Part shown: piece after piece, positions 15,001 to 25,739 of the stretch
Layout: each line of letters opens with the position of its first letter
Numbering within the stretch: position 1 is the stretch's first letter
NCBI GenBank assembly: GCA_030141605.1
Contig: JAQGDQ010000015.1
Location: 930,001 to 994,000, forward strand
Direction of reading: 5' to 3'
Length of the DNA stretch: 64,000 nt
Origin: Tubiluchus corallicola
Taxonomy: Eukaryota; Animalia; Priapulida
Made by a program: the position numbers and the translations under genes
The notes under the pieces: model-generated
The model's database searches: none
Told to the model about the DNA's origin: nothing
Seen by the model: the letters and a program-made list of their open reading frames with translations, nothing else

Positions 15001-15940
15001 CAAAAATTGTACAAAATGAAAACCCAACAGTCGTTTTCAGGAGTGAGCCACTCTACCTCTACAGCACTGTATGTAGCTCTCCCTGTTGGTTCATAGTTTC
15101 ATTTTAGACAATTATCCTTGATAATAAGCTAGATCTTGCTCACTGGGTGTGGGATACAGGCCTACAAAGTACCAAGCAATGAGAAAACAAATTACAAACA
15201 CCACATTTATAAATAAAATTTCCTTTAAATTAAGTCATGAGCATTTCCTATCCTCTTTAATTTTCATAAATGCACAAATGACAAAATTGTGAGCAGTGTA
15301 ACAAAAAGTTGCAGACAAATCAGTTTTGTTTAAGGAGTGCATTTTTACTATAGCTTTGTGAGTTAAGTTTTTTGTTTCTGCCAAAGATTAAAGTTTGGAA
15401 AGAGACGACTCTTTCGTTCGTGTTATTGATAACAAACTGAGTTTCTGCACATTTATATAGAATTTTAAATGTACATTACTAAAATGAGACTTTAATGTTA
15501 TTTTACAAAAACAATTTTTCCAAGCGAAACAAGTATTGTGGTTCACGAATTTGAAATGTAACTAAGTGAAACGTACGTATTATAATTGCAATTTTTATGA
15601 GCAGAACAAGTTTTGTGGCTCACGGGTCTACATGTGTATGCAAGTGGGTTTATTTACAACCAAAGTACAGCACAATACACTCATGCCAATGCTGTACACT
15701 TAAAATTTTGTTTGGCTTCACAAGAACTAATTATGAAAAGTATTACCTATTTGTTAACACTTCTACTGGACTTCGTAGCATATTAGTCCAGAAAGAGCTC
15801 CCACTGCTACTGAAATGCTCGTCAATCAGTGCACCTTGTAACGCTGCACTTGCTCCTAGATTTGACATTTGGCAAGCATCCTGATGACTCTGGCTATGAG
15901 GAAAAGAATAACCAGTAAACTTGTCTTTTCTGTGACTCAT
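1..15940 (-). CDS. DNAJC14: DnaJ homolog subfamily C member 14-like (DRiP78/Jiv); N-terminal and TM part, J-domain lies beyond the left edge
   Basis: Manually spliced GT-AG exons with consistent phases: 15747-15940 (ATG MSHRKDK; acceptor at 15977), 13329-13480, 10009-10402, 8914-9052, 8211-8363, 7738-7834, 4390-4554, 2999-3104, 1467-1621; next exon appears to start at base 1 (acceptor at 2-3). Long disordered N-terminus, then hydrophobic segment VLVWLLQLLGSVIILSTNLALVLLL, then GLDENIALPVTG, which resembles the motif preceding the J-domain in invertebrate DNAJC14 (recalled, not searched). Confidence 0.75.
1988..2951 (+). mobile_element. Non-autonomous hAT element retaining a transposase C-terminal remnant
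   Basis: 15-bp perfect TIR CAGGGCTGCAACTAC; 8-bp TSD GTATTATC/GTTTTATC (7/8); internal KNYVRSTLQQEHLDIIAIISIENE at about 2274-2345 resembles the hAT dimerisation domain. Confidence 0.8.
3862..4315. mobile_element. hAT-type MITE
   Basis: 16-bp TIR CAGGGGTGTGCAAATT; perfect 8-bp TSD TTATAAGC at 3854-3861 and 4316-4323. Confidence 0.9.
5126..6737. mobile_element. Putative Kolobok-like non-autonomous DNA transposon
   Basis: TTAA on both sides (5122-5125, 6738-6741); ends AGGTCC...GGACCT with short imperfect TIR; internal GTGACATCACG also found in the 45772 element. Confidence 0.5.
11705..12267. mobile_element. Tc1/mariner (pogo/Tigger-like) MITE
   Basis: Perfect TIR CCGTATATACTCGCATATAAGCC, TA TSD on both sides, internal GGGGGTCGGCTTATATGCG repeats. 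Confidence 0.9.
12285..13208 (-). mobile_element. 5'-truncated RTE-clade LINE (RTE-BovB-like)
   Basis: ORFs 12810-13217 and 12334-12798 (frameshifted) with FTYLGS, LLYGSESW, RRLRWLGHVSRM, LPKDILYGEL, RPTGRP and a C-terminal zinc-finger-like CRSRIGLLSHSRRC; perfect 12-bp TSD AGTTTTCAATAT at 12273-12284 and 13209-13220. Confidence 0.9.
14048..14810. mobile_element. Old Tc1/mariner-like MITE, with a second partial copy at about 54400-54862
   Basis: Degenerate TIR CAGTGGGTGCC...GCACCTATTG followed by TA; 14500-14810 aligns by eye with 54570-54862. Confidence 0.55.
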
Positions 15941-16329
15941 TCTTCTTTGCTTTATTACTCTAGGACAACAAAAACCCTGCAAAAGAGTAAGAAAGACAGT
16001 GTTACCAAAAGATTGAACATTTTCTGTTCAACTAATGTTCTAAAGCAGGGAATTCTGGAAGCAGGATGTGTCCAACAGATAAAAAAGTTGAACAGATTCA
16101 TTACTATATTCGACAAAATTAATATTCTTACGATATATTACAAAATTTAATATACTACAACACAGCAAGGCCTTTCAAATAACACTGGGCTTATCTTCCA
16201 AACTGGGCTTATGTAGTCAAGCATAGGCCTCACACATGAGAAAAATAGCTGGAGTCTAAAATCTCAAGCTTTAGTTTGGAAACTGATATTGATCACTGCT
16301 CTCTTGGCAATTAATGCTATTATAATAAG

Positions 16330-17760
16330 TTGCCAATTTTAAATTAGATGTAATAGTCACTCCCAAGCACACCATTAATGTGGTAAATAAAGTTGAGATT
16401 TGTTAAATGCAAAGTGTATGACTTTATACATTTGTTGACAATGAGGGTTAACTGCCAATCTGAGGCTAATGACAAATGATCTGCTTGTAATATGAAGACG
16501 TCATCAGCTGTTGCAGTTTGCCTAAACAATTTGGCATCATCTGTATGCAAAGATTACTATATGTGCCAAAACAGTAACAGAGTCATTTATACAAAGCAGT
16601 AATAATATCGACACTAGGATCGTGCCCTGACGAGCTCTGTTCACTGCCCTAGCCCAGGCAGATGATGTGCTATTCAAAACTACTGACTGCCTTCTGTTTG
16701 CTATTAGCCACTGAAGAGTATAAATGTCAAAACCAAGGTGTGGCTCATAAAGATTAACTTAAAATAACAGACTGAGTCAAACACCCTGGCGAATTCAAGG
16801 TATATATATGTATGTATATTATATAGGCGAGGTATATATCTCGGTTTGCCGAACAAAAGTGGGGAAACATTGATCCGAATTTGCCAAATGTCCGTATTTA
16901 CCGATACTAAGCTAATAAAGTAGGCGCTGTGTATTAGAATCATGGTAATGTAGAATTAATCGCCTAATTGTCTCAAAAACATCTAGTACGGGCTGCTCCT
17001 ATGCAAAAGTATATAAAAACTCTTGGCAATTGACTCAAATACAGTATACAAACATGCTGATTAAACCACTCAATCACACTGACATACAAACTACAAGCGT
17101 GTCATTACACACTGTTTGGTTACATAATGTAATGGATGCAAACAAATTGAAGGGCCACCAGCTAGCGGTCAGCTCACTACTGCTGTTCGTAGCATGCAGG
17201 GCTTTTTACGGTCCAGATTTTGTCTGATTTCCATATCTATAAAAGTGAGGTCCGTGTGTGTGTGTATATATATATACACAACCAAGAGGAATTGCCTTGT
17301 TAGAAGATTTCCACCATGTATTTACACGTTGTAAAAGTTGTGTTACAGATGACCACATAGACAAAAATCTATACTGATCAGGTGATATAACATTATGGGT
17401 CAAAAGGAAATCTAGCAAGTGTTGCTTTAGAATCTGCTCTAAAATCTTGGAAACGAACGAGATAAAAGAAAAAGACGATAAGACCTAGGTAAGGACCACA
17501 AACCTTTGCCTTTATGTATTGGGATAATGCTAGCATCCAGCTGGAGGAACGATCCTAGTATCATATGATTCTTGAAAGACAATGGTTAATGGCTAAGCAA
17601 GTTCCTGCGCGTTTTGTAAAAAGTAAGGATGATAGTTACTGGACTAGGCAATTAATGTGGTCTCAGATGGGCTAAATGTGTTTAACATTCAGTCGAAAAA
17701 TGAATAGGCTGATGGTGTGAGTTCAACAAGGGATTAGAGAAGTCAGGTAAAACGCGGAAA
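16330..17760 (-). mobile_element. Degenerate CR1-group LINE reverse transcriptase relic, interrupted by a MITE
   Basis: Decayed RT motifs ISPDQYRF, SSVTQLL, YLEFARVFDSV and HTDDAKLFR (YADD-like) across short minus-strand ORFs. Confidence 0.7.
16833..17255. mobile_element. MITE copy (same family as 43789-44150) nested in the CR1 relic
   Basis: ATATCTCGGTTTGCC...GTGAGGTCC matches the 43789 copy along its length; flanked by TA/TG microsatellite. Confidence 0.75.
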
Positions 17761-18398
17761 CCCATTAAGGCACTATCCTCAGTAGCTAATTATCAAGCCA
17801 ATGAAATTTGATACTTGAAGCAAATCAAACCTGCAACTAAACAAAAAAATATTTGTTTAATTATCTCTATTGACTTCCATAAAGTTATTAACTTTCAAAA
17901 ATTACCCTTATATCAGGACAATCCAATATAATGATAATGTTTTAACTTTAACAATAATACTATAAAAGTCCATGCTGTATTATCTGTTTGTGTTTGCTCG
18001 GCGTGAGTTCCTCGTAAAAGAATGCACTGCCCACATTACTCACGACTATTACCAGCGATTATAATTCCGTCCAGGCAGTTATAATTGTATTGTACACTGT
18101 ACAGCAAACCCTACGGTTACATCAATGAACTAGCCCATTATTATGAGTACTATGTATTTCCTTGGGCTTCACGTACACCAGTCATTCAGTCACAAATTAG
18201 GAAAACAGGACTCAAAACCCGACTTTGCAGCATAACATTAAGTACTATGTATTAATAAAATATTATTAATAATAATTGACACCCTAAATACATGATGTAA
18301 TGGAATATGCTACAAAAGATATTATTCTGCCATATAATATGGTTTAAAACTCAATGAAATTGTTGCTGGCTGTAACAAATTCACTACTATCTGCTGCC

Positions 18399-18401
<3 letters not shown>

Positions 18402-18465
<64 letters not shown>

Positions 18466-18501
18466 AAGACAGAGAAAGAGGTAAGTGGTAGAGAGAGAGA
18501 G
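18402..18501. repeat. (GA)n microsatellite
   Basis: Directly visible long GA run with degenerate 3' part. Confidence 0.95.
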
Positions 18502-18749
18502 AAACGCGTTCACCTGACTATATGACCATGACTGCATGAGTTATGTTGACATTTCTGGTCTTGAACCTTTCAAGCAAATTAGTTTAAATCAGTGGGTTTC
18601 CAGTTTCCAAATCCTACCAACAGTGTTCCAACTGCAAGACATGTTCTTATGGCAAGTTTGGTGATTATAGCTTCACACATTTTGCAGACAAACATCCAGA
18701 CAGACATAAAGACGCCAGTAAACGCCCTACCCAAATTTGTCATCTTTAA

Positions 18750-18960
18750 GTCCGGGAGCTCGTGAACGATACAGCGGGTGGGTCATACCAAAACTTTAAA
18801 AGTGGTACTTACTGTTGCCCAGCCGGGCGAGTGGGTATTTAGGGTGAAAAAGCGGGGTAATAATAGTCTCTGTTTTGTAGTTTCAGTTTGTTATTTACAG
18901 TTGTCAAGAAAGTTCATACAAAAAGCCCCCTTTAAATAAAGACTATTATTACTATTATTT
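18750..18960 (+). mobile_element. MetaSINE-like SINE fragment
   Basis: GGGTCATACCAAAACTTTAAAAGTGGTACTTACTGTTG resembles the Meta central domain as recalled; ends in AATAAA plus a (TAT)n tail. Confidence 0.55.
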
Positions 18961-19807
18961 GATTGCTATTATACTCACATACTGACAACAATTGTCATAG
19001 ATGATAATTACTGTCATATTGTAATACACGCATTACTGAACATTACAACTTATGCCAATATTGACATGGTAGCCCTATAAAAGTTATAAATTTACAGGAT
19101 TTACTATTGCATCAAGGTCAGGTTATATCATGTAGTATAGGTGTGGGTATGTGCAAATCCTGCTTTCCACGGCCTATATCCGTTATATCTTTAGAAAACA
19201 GGAATAAGGTTATAGGAAGAACAATGCTATACTGGCACAACATGCCCCGGAAACAAACCAAATTCAGCAACACCGAGGATATAACAGTCTGGCACTAACT
19301 TTGATTCAGTTTAAAATTGCAACATTTTATCTATGGTACGTAAGAGAAAACACTGCGTAGGCGGAAGAGATAGATGCGTGCCTATATTGCAAATGAGTGG
19401 TTAAGACAACACTGTGTATGCACTTCAGCTTTACAGTAGGTATAAGATTGTAGATTGAGCAGTTGTTAAAACGTTTAAAACTGAGAAGGTAGCAAAATCT
19501 ATACTGTCTATAAATGCAATTTGACAAAAGGTAATTAATTTAGTACAGTTTAAATTTTTAGTTTAAGTTTTAAATTTAATTTAGAGTACAAATTTATCTT
19601 AAAGGTTCTTTACTTTTGGTTTGAACATTGTAGTATTTTATATTGTTATACAGTAGTAATACATTTACACTGGCTAACAGGCACAATTGTGGTGACTTGC
19701 CGGTAAAGGCCTCTCAGGTGCAGATGCTTTACTTTAGTATTTTGCTTTTTAAGTGCCATTCAAATGCTTTGGGGTTACTTGTATTTAAGATGCAATCACC
19801 TTACAGA

Positions 19808-20215
19808 ATGAAGCACGTGTATGCATTGGATCTCATTATTCTTGTCTCGACATCTGCTATTCTCACAGTGCTGGGAAAACCATTAGGCGGACAGGCTTCG
19901 TGGGATCTTCATCGTTCTAAAAGCGAAGTGAACCACATGTGTGTTAGAATGTATGAACACAGCTCATATAGAGGACGGCAACGAACCGTGTGTGGCGCTG
20001 AACCCTACATCCCGGCCATAGGCTTCAATGACATGGCTTCGTCTATTAAACTGGACTGTGAAGACTGTTCAGTGATTGTTTGGAAACACGCTTATTATAC
20101 GGGAAAATGTATGGCTTACGGAGGCGACGTCGAGGACTTGGGCAGCATGTGGAACGACGAAATATCTTCGCTGATTGTGGTGCCATACACCAATTTGTTC
20201 TTCAGTGGTTGTTAA
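19808..20215 (+). CDS. Secreted single-domain beta/gamma-crystallin protein (135 aa)
   Basis: ATG at 19808 just after an acceptor-like TTACAG; hydrophobic signal-like N-terminus; two Greek keys: MYEHSSYRG...FNDMASSIKL and VWKHAYYTG...WNDEISSLIV; AATAAA at 20593. Confidence 0.85.
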   Translation: MKHVYALDLIILVSTSAILTVLGKPLGGQASWDLHRSKSEVNHMCVRMYEHSSYRGRQRTVCGAEPYIPAIGFNDMASSIKLDCEDCSVIVWKHAYYTGKCMAYGGDVEDLGSMWNDEISSLIVVPYTNLFFSGC

Positions 20216-22457
20216 GTGAGTTACAACGACGCGGGAGTACAGAATGCGGAGGCAAAATCATTTTTATGACCAAAGTTTTACTGAGCGATGTGAACGTTTT
20301 TTGTCAGTAAACACTGCACAGTAAATGCAAAAAGTACATTGTAGTATAAGTGTAACTTGTTGAAAAACTGCAGGCCTTCACTTCCTATACCACCTGCATG
20401 CCTTCACCTTTACGTACGATAAGTCTACATTTTTTAAGTGTTAGAGTTGCTCATTTCCCCATTTTCAGTTTTAATTTTCACGTACACAGTATAGTGCGAA
20501 AATTAATATTGTCGTTGCATATTTAATGAGAAAATCTCAAAACTGTATTATTAAGTAGCAAATAATGCGAATTAAATTTTTATCAAAATTTTAATAAATG
20601 ATTCAAAGTCTATAAAAATACTGTAAATACTTATTTGTTTATGAAAAACTGCTTTTAAGTGCTCAAATGACAAACGTAGTAAAATGCATTAGCTTGCGGT
20701 GCTCTCCACTGTCCAGACGGCTTGTTAGTCCCTTGAGTAATATACTCCTTCCAGTCATAATTTTTTAAAAATGCACCGGACTTAGTTATTACTTGGGTCA
20801 GGTGTGACTATTTCAATTCTTCCCTTCTGGTCTCATTACATTATTGCCAAGATTTTTTCGTGCCTCATTATGCAGAACCACTGTAAAACCACCTGGAAAG
20901 ATAACCACATTGTCAGCATCCCAACTGACAATGGTCGTTGATCGTTTATTATAGACTTATGGAAAGTGTTTTATAAAAATACAGTAAGACTAAATCCATT
21001 CCGGTTTACTAGTGGAAAAATAACACAGAATCATTCCTCAGTAAGCAACATCCAGTAACTGACGTGTGACGCCAGTCTCTAAAGACCTGTAAGTCTGATA
21101 TATCAAACCGAGCCTAGCAGTCACAGTAACTTCGTCAGGCACAAGCATTTGAGTGATAGATTAAACTTTTTTTTCAAAAACTTTTCTCACAACTGCAAAA
21201 TGCAGCGGAATTTATCCGTACAAGGATTATGACGATACGATGTTACAATATATTCAGCTATCCCGGTTTTTTTACAAATGATAATTTGAATCAACTTCAA
21301 TTATTACTGACATTTAGACAACAAACCGAACCAAATAACGGTTAATAGAATCTGTAGCAACACTGAGTTTCGATAGACTGCTGACTTACGTGGGACTTGC
21401 TATAACTACAGAATTGGGCTTCAAAGCTACCACAAGACAGATTGTAGTGGAAATATAGCATTGATATTTTTACATGGAAATGTACAAAATACACAAAGTC
21501 AAAAGATTGGAATAATATGCTGATAATATAACTAAATTTTGTATGTCATCATGATGTTACAATGTTAAAAAATTTATGGTAACATTTCTTGGTGATTTAA
21601 TAGGCATATTTCAGCATTTTCCATTGTGCTGTTCTTCTGAAACACCCCATATGTGATGACAAGATCAAATGGATGGCTGTTATTAGGCCCTGAGCAAATG
21701 AACACTGTCGTAATTATTCTGCTTATACCAGGCTAGTTCTGACGCAGTCTTGCAGAACGCCAAATTCTTCAGTAATTTGTTGGATGTTTCACTTTTGCTC
21801 AGTCAGGGAAAATTTATTTTAAGACAGCACACCTCACACTTCGATCAAAATATACCTGTGTTCTTAATGATTCAAAACAGTAATATAACAAAATGGCCAT
21901 ACATTATATCAATCTTTCAGTTACTAAGAAAATACGAGGTATCAGATCATTAATTATTATTAATAAACCTCTCATAACTCAGCTGTAATGGTATATGTAA
22001 TGCCAAACTTAACGTTATAAGAATTAACTGATAATTCAAAATATTAATGAGTTATTTTGCATCGTGAACAGTAATTTTCATACTTTTTTGCAAAATTGCC
22101 GTAATTAGTATATAAAAAAGTAACAACAATGGTAAGTCACATATAGAATTATATAGCTGTCTTACAGTTTCGATTTGCAAATTAAAATTTAACCAAATGT
22201 TTGTAACTTAACTTTTTCAACTTTGGTAAACTTATACAGATTACAGAAATCTGCATATAGAATCATTTTAACAGTCCATGTATTAAACTGTAAATGAAAC
22301 ACTCAAAGTTAGTCACATTCACAAGATTAATGAATATAAAAACAATGTATAGTGTAATGGCAGACTTGGTTTTAGCTTATTCTTACACACTGTACTTGAT
22401 TTACTGAGCAGTATAGCTAGATCAGTATAACATTGTAAGATAATATATTGTAATTTA

Positions 22458-22533
22458 CTTCATGATGCAACCTAGAGATGCACACTAGGTTGCATCATGA
22501 AGGATTTCTACAGGCACATGAGGATTTCTACAG
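22458..22533. repeat. Perfect 18-bp inverted repeat plus an adjacent 13-bp direct repeat
   Basis: CTTCATGATGCAACCTAG (22458-22475), 9-nt loop, reverse complement (22485-22502); AGGATTTCTACAG at 22501 and 22521. Confidence 0.9.
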
Positions 22534-23189
22534 ACATAGCCAACATGCTGCGGACTCCTGCAGTGATCAGGTTTTGAACATAAATCTATCAGCTACCTAG
22601 TAGGCTATATGCAAAAAGCTTAGTTATAAAAAACAATTTTTTGGCTACTTAGGAAAAATTTCTTTCAATTTAATCTCCTTTCATAACAATTGATGTAACT
22701 GTGTGGTTCATGCATCATATATAATGTACAACAAGCATAGTTAGTCAGTTCTTAAGGAATTCATGTTTTTGTGATGAGAATCCAATGATTTCATACCTAG
22801 CCTTCATTTTGACGTGTTGCGGTGTGCCAGCTGCATAATAATGTGTGCCTGACCCCCAATAATTATTTGCGGTTTCATGTAGATAAGGAACATAATTTTA
22901 TTACAATTCTGTCTTCAGCACACAAATCCTGAACATTAATGTTACATTACAAACTATGTTACTTAAAATTACAAATATACATAGACTTATGTACTAGAAA
23001 TAATAATATTTACATATAGCATACAAAAAATAAAGTGTAATACATACAATTTGCATATACTGGTATATATGCACATGTACAATGTCAAAACACTGGAAAT
23101 AGTAAATACCCAAATGGTATTTAACTAAGTTACTAAATTCCTAACAACTACACTCAACAAAATACCCATGCACTGTCTGCACACAACTT

Positions 23190-24242
23190 TCACATGCCTA
23201 ACATAGGCACATCGAACAAATCAGTCATTCCTTCAGTATCATCCAAATTGAAATAGTAATCTTTATCACTGGGAGGTGGACTGAGTCGCAACAATGGACT
23301 AAACACATCTGACGTCATTAGGTCATCTAAGTACTCCACTTCCATAATTGGATCCTTCACAGAATTGATAAACAATTCTTCGGCTGATGTACTAACAGGC
23401 GATAATTGGTTAGATGAAGATGGTTGTTGCTCTGGCTGCTGCTGTTTCCTTGGAGAGCTCCTAGTAACCATGCGTGGCGGTGTGGAAGTCTCAGTCACTT
23501 CTCGTTTCCCTTTGCCTCTAGGAGACTTTCCTTTTGCTTGTAAGTCAACCCCAATGGATGATTGTAGATTGCCTTTTGAATGTTTTTCCTGAGGAGCTAA
23601 TAATTCTGCAGGTGGTGGAACTTGTACAACTACTGGACTTGAAGAATCCACATCTTTATTAACAAGCAAAACATTGATAGGACCAGATTGGCTTTTGAGG
23701 TGAATTTGGTATTTCTTTAAACCGGGGCCACTATCTTCTGGCACTGGTACTTCTAACTGCGTACCAGATGGTGCCTGAATAGCAAGAAGTGTGTCACCAT
23801 GGAAACAATGGCAGACATCTTCGTGCGTTGCATATGCTAAATTATGATTACTGATATCTTCAGTAACATTGCGTATACTTTGCTGTACCCAAGATTTGTG
23901 CTGATCTAGCTCAGCTTCTATTTTTCTCAGTTCTTCATACTCATGCGTCAGCTGTGCTAATCTTTCAGTTACCTCTCGGGTGTTGCATGCTGGACCACCA
24001 CCTTTCCATTGTATGCTGTTTTTTGACCGTTTTTCGATGAGACCTATTCCTTCTAACACGTTTGTGATATCGTATATTCTACGTTTTTGCCTAACAGCTA
24101 GAGTATCTGCTGCTATTTTCAAGTCTAATACTCCATCTTTTGCTTCTTGCAATAATGATACAAATTTTGTGGTGAGCAAACCTAAGCTCTTTTCATGGCG
24201 ACTTGGAGTGAGAATAAAATCTGGAGTCAGCGGTGTAGCCAT
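23190..24242 (-). CDS. E2F4: Transcription factor E2F4/5, intronless CDS (350 aa)
   Basis: Uninterrupted ORF with [15 protein letters not shown]...[23 protein letters not shown]-binding domain, coiled-coil/marked box, and pocket-protein-binding [17 protein letters not shown]. 5'UTR acceptor at 24268-24269. Confidence 0.95.
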   Translation of the reverse strand: MATPLTPDFILTPSRHEKSLGLLTTKFVSLLQEAKDGVLDLKIAADTLAVRQKRRIYDITNVLEGIGLIEKRSKNSIQWKGGGPACNTREVTERLAQLTHEYEELRKIEAELDQHKSWVQQSIRNVTEDISNHNLAYATHEDVCHCFHGDTLLAIQAPSGTQLEVPVPEDSGPGLKKYQIHLKSQSGPINVLLVNKDVDSSSPVVVQVPPPAELLAPQEKHSKGNLQSSIGVDLQAKGKSPRGKGKREVTETSTPPRMVTRSSPRKQQQPEQQPSSSNQLSPVSTSAEELFINSVKDPIMEVEYLDDLMTSDVFSPLLRLSPPPSDKDYYFNLDDTEGMTDLFDVPMLGM

Positions 24243-25739
24243 CTTTCAAATTTATGACTAAGCGAAACTGAAATACAAATAAAAATGGCAAAATAGTAGA
24301 TACATAGTACAAAGTACTGGGTATATGTTTTTCATGTATATGAACAAGGATTCAATCATTTTTCTAGATATTCAAAAATTTTGCTTGTCAAAAATACATA
24401 AATGGCAACGAAGAATTAATCTAGATCTATTTATTGATCTAAAATACAAAAAAAAACAAGATGTAAACTATCAGGGCGTCTAGTAAAGTAAGTAACAACT
24501 AAGCCTCATTAATTTTAAATATTTTTGAGGCAACAAAGAATTTATCTAGATCTATCTATCGATTTAAAAAAGGAAAAGGAATAACAAGAAAATACCAGAG
24601 GTAAGTTACAAGAAGGAACCTGATCATTAGTCAATGACAAGATCTTACAAGAATCATACTGGCTAATTGCTTGCTAGCTTACAAAACTTGTCAAGATCAA
24701 ACCACTCGGTACCATGAATTTGTACCTAAAGTAACAGCTATGAACCAGGGGCCACAAACTTCATAAAATATTAAATCAGAAGTTAGATTTGGAATATTAT
24801 TGTTTGTGTAAATATGATCAATTAATGTTCTACTTTTCTACGTTAATTGAGTAGGCATAGTGATTACATGGAAGAAATAATTTGGGAAGATCATTGATAA
24901 GTAATCGGTTATGTATTGCTTCTGTTTCTGTTGAAGAAGTTGAATACTTAAGTCATCAGATTTAAAAAATATAACTTACGCGGGCAGCTGTAATTCTCGG
25001 AGTATATATATATATTATAGTCCAGGTCTGGCTAGGCTGTCCAGATTTATTTGGCCAGATCCTTTAGCCAATCAACTAGCTTGAGCAGAAACAGAGACGA
25101 AAGCACAACATATCTCAGATACCGAGTTTGCAGTTATCTTGCATTACATACAATATCCAAGCTTTTCATACGTTAATTTTAACGGCCAAAGCTTAAAAAA
25201 CAAATACACGAGTAATCAATCTCAAAAAGCACTTTAGTCATATTATGGCAAGACTGCCTACTTTGAAATTTTAAATTTACCGGCGGGTTTGTCGTGTTGG
25301 CGGCTGCACGATAATTCAGTAACCTTAGATATAGGTTATATAACTAAATTACACAATTAACATAATAGGTTAATAACAAATTTTAATAATATAACTCAAA
25401 TAATTATATAATAGGCAAATTATAAACCTTTATACACGTTGATAAAAATAAGATGGGAACAGAATGGTGCATAGTTTATCAATGGCTTGGAGTATGATTA
25501 TTATGTATTATAGAAAATATTTTCAATGATAATTAATTATTATAATTATTAATATAGCGGAAGAGGATCAAACACTTACTTTTTTAACGTCTCCAAAATT
25601 AAAACTTAATAGACTTCGTTATTTAAGTATATGTTATAATCTTAGACTGAGCTTGTTTGAAAATGTATTTAGTTTGCAGGCCACATGGTATTTCATCACT
25701 TGCTTGCTTGCGAAGTCTAAGCGACCTAACACAACATGG

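Noticed and set aside
18322-18537. 71-aa ORF with LSLSLS repeats
   Set aside because: Translation of the (GA)n microsatellite.
19643-19807. N-terminal extension of the crystallin ORF
   Set aside because: Non-ATG start, intron-like composition, and an acceptor just before the ATG that begins the signal-like peptide.
21653-21693. C box (GTGATGA) and D box (CTGA) suggesting a snoRNA
   Set aside because: Only about 40 nt apart, with no convincing terminal stem or recognisable guide.
23365-24261. Plus-strand ORFs antisense to E2F4/5
   Set aside because: Antisense shadows with no recognisable motifs.
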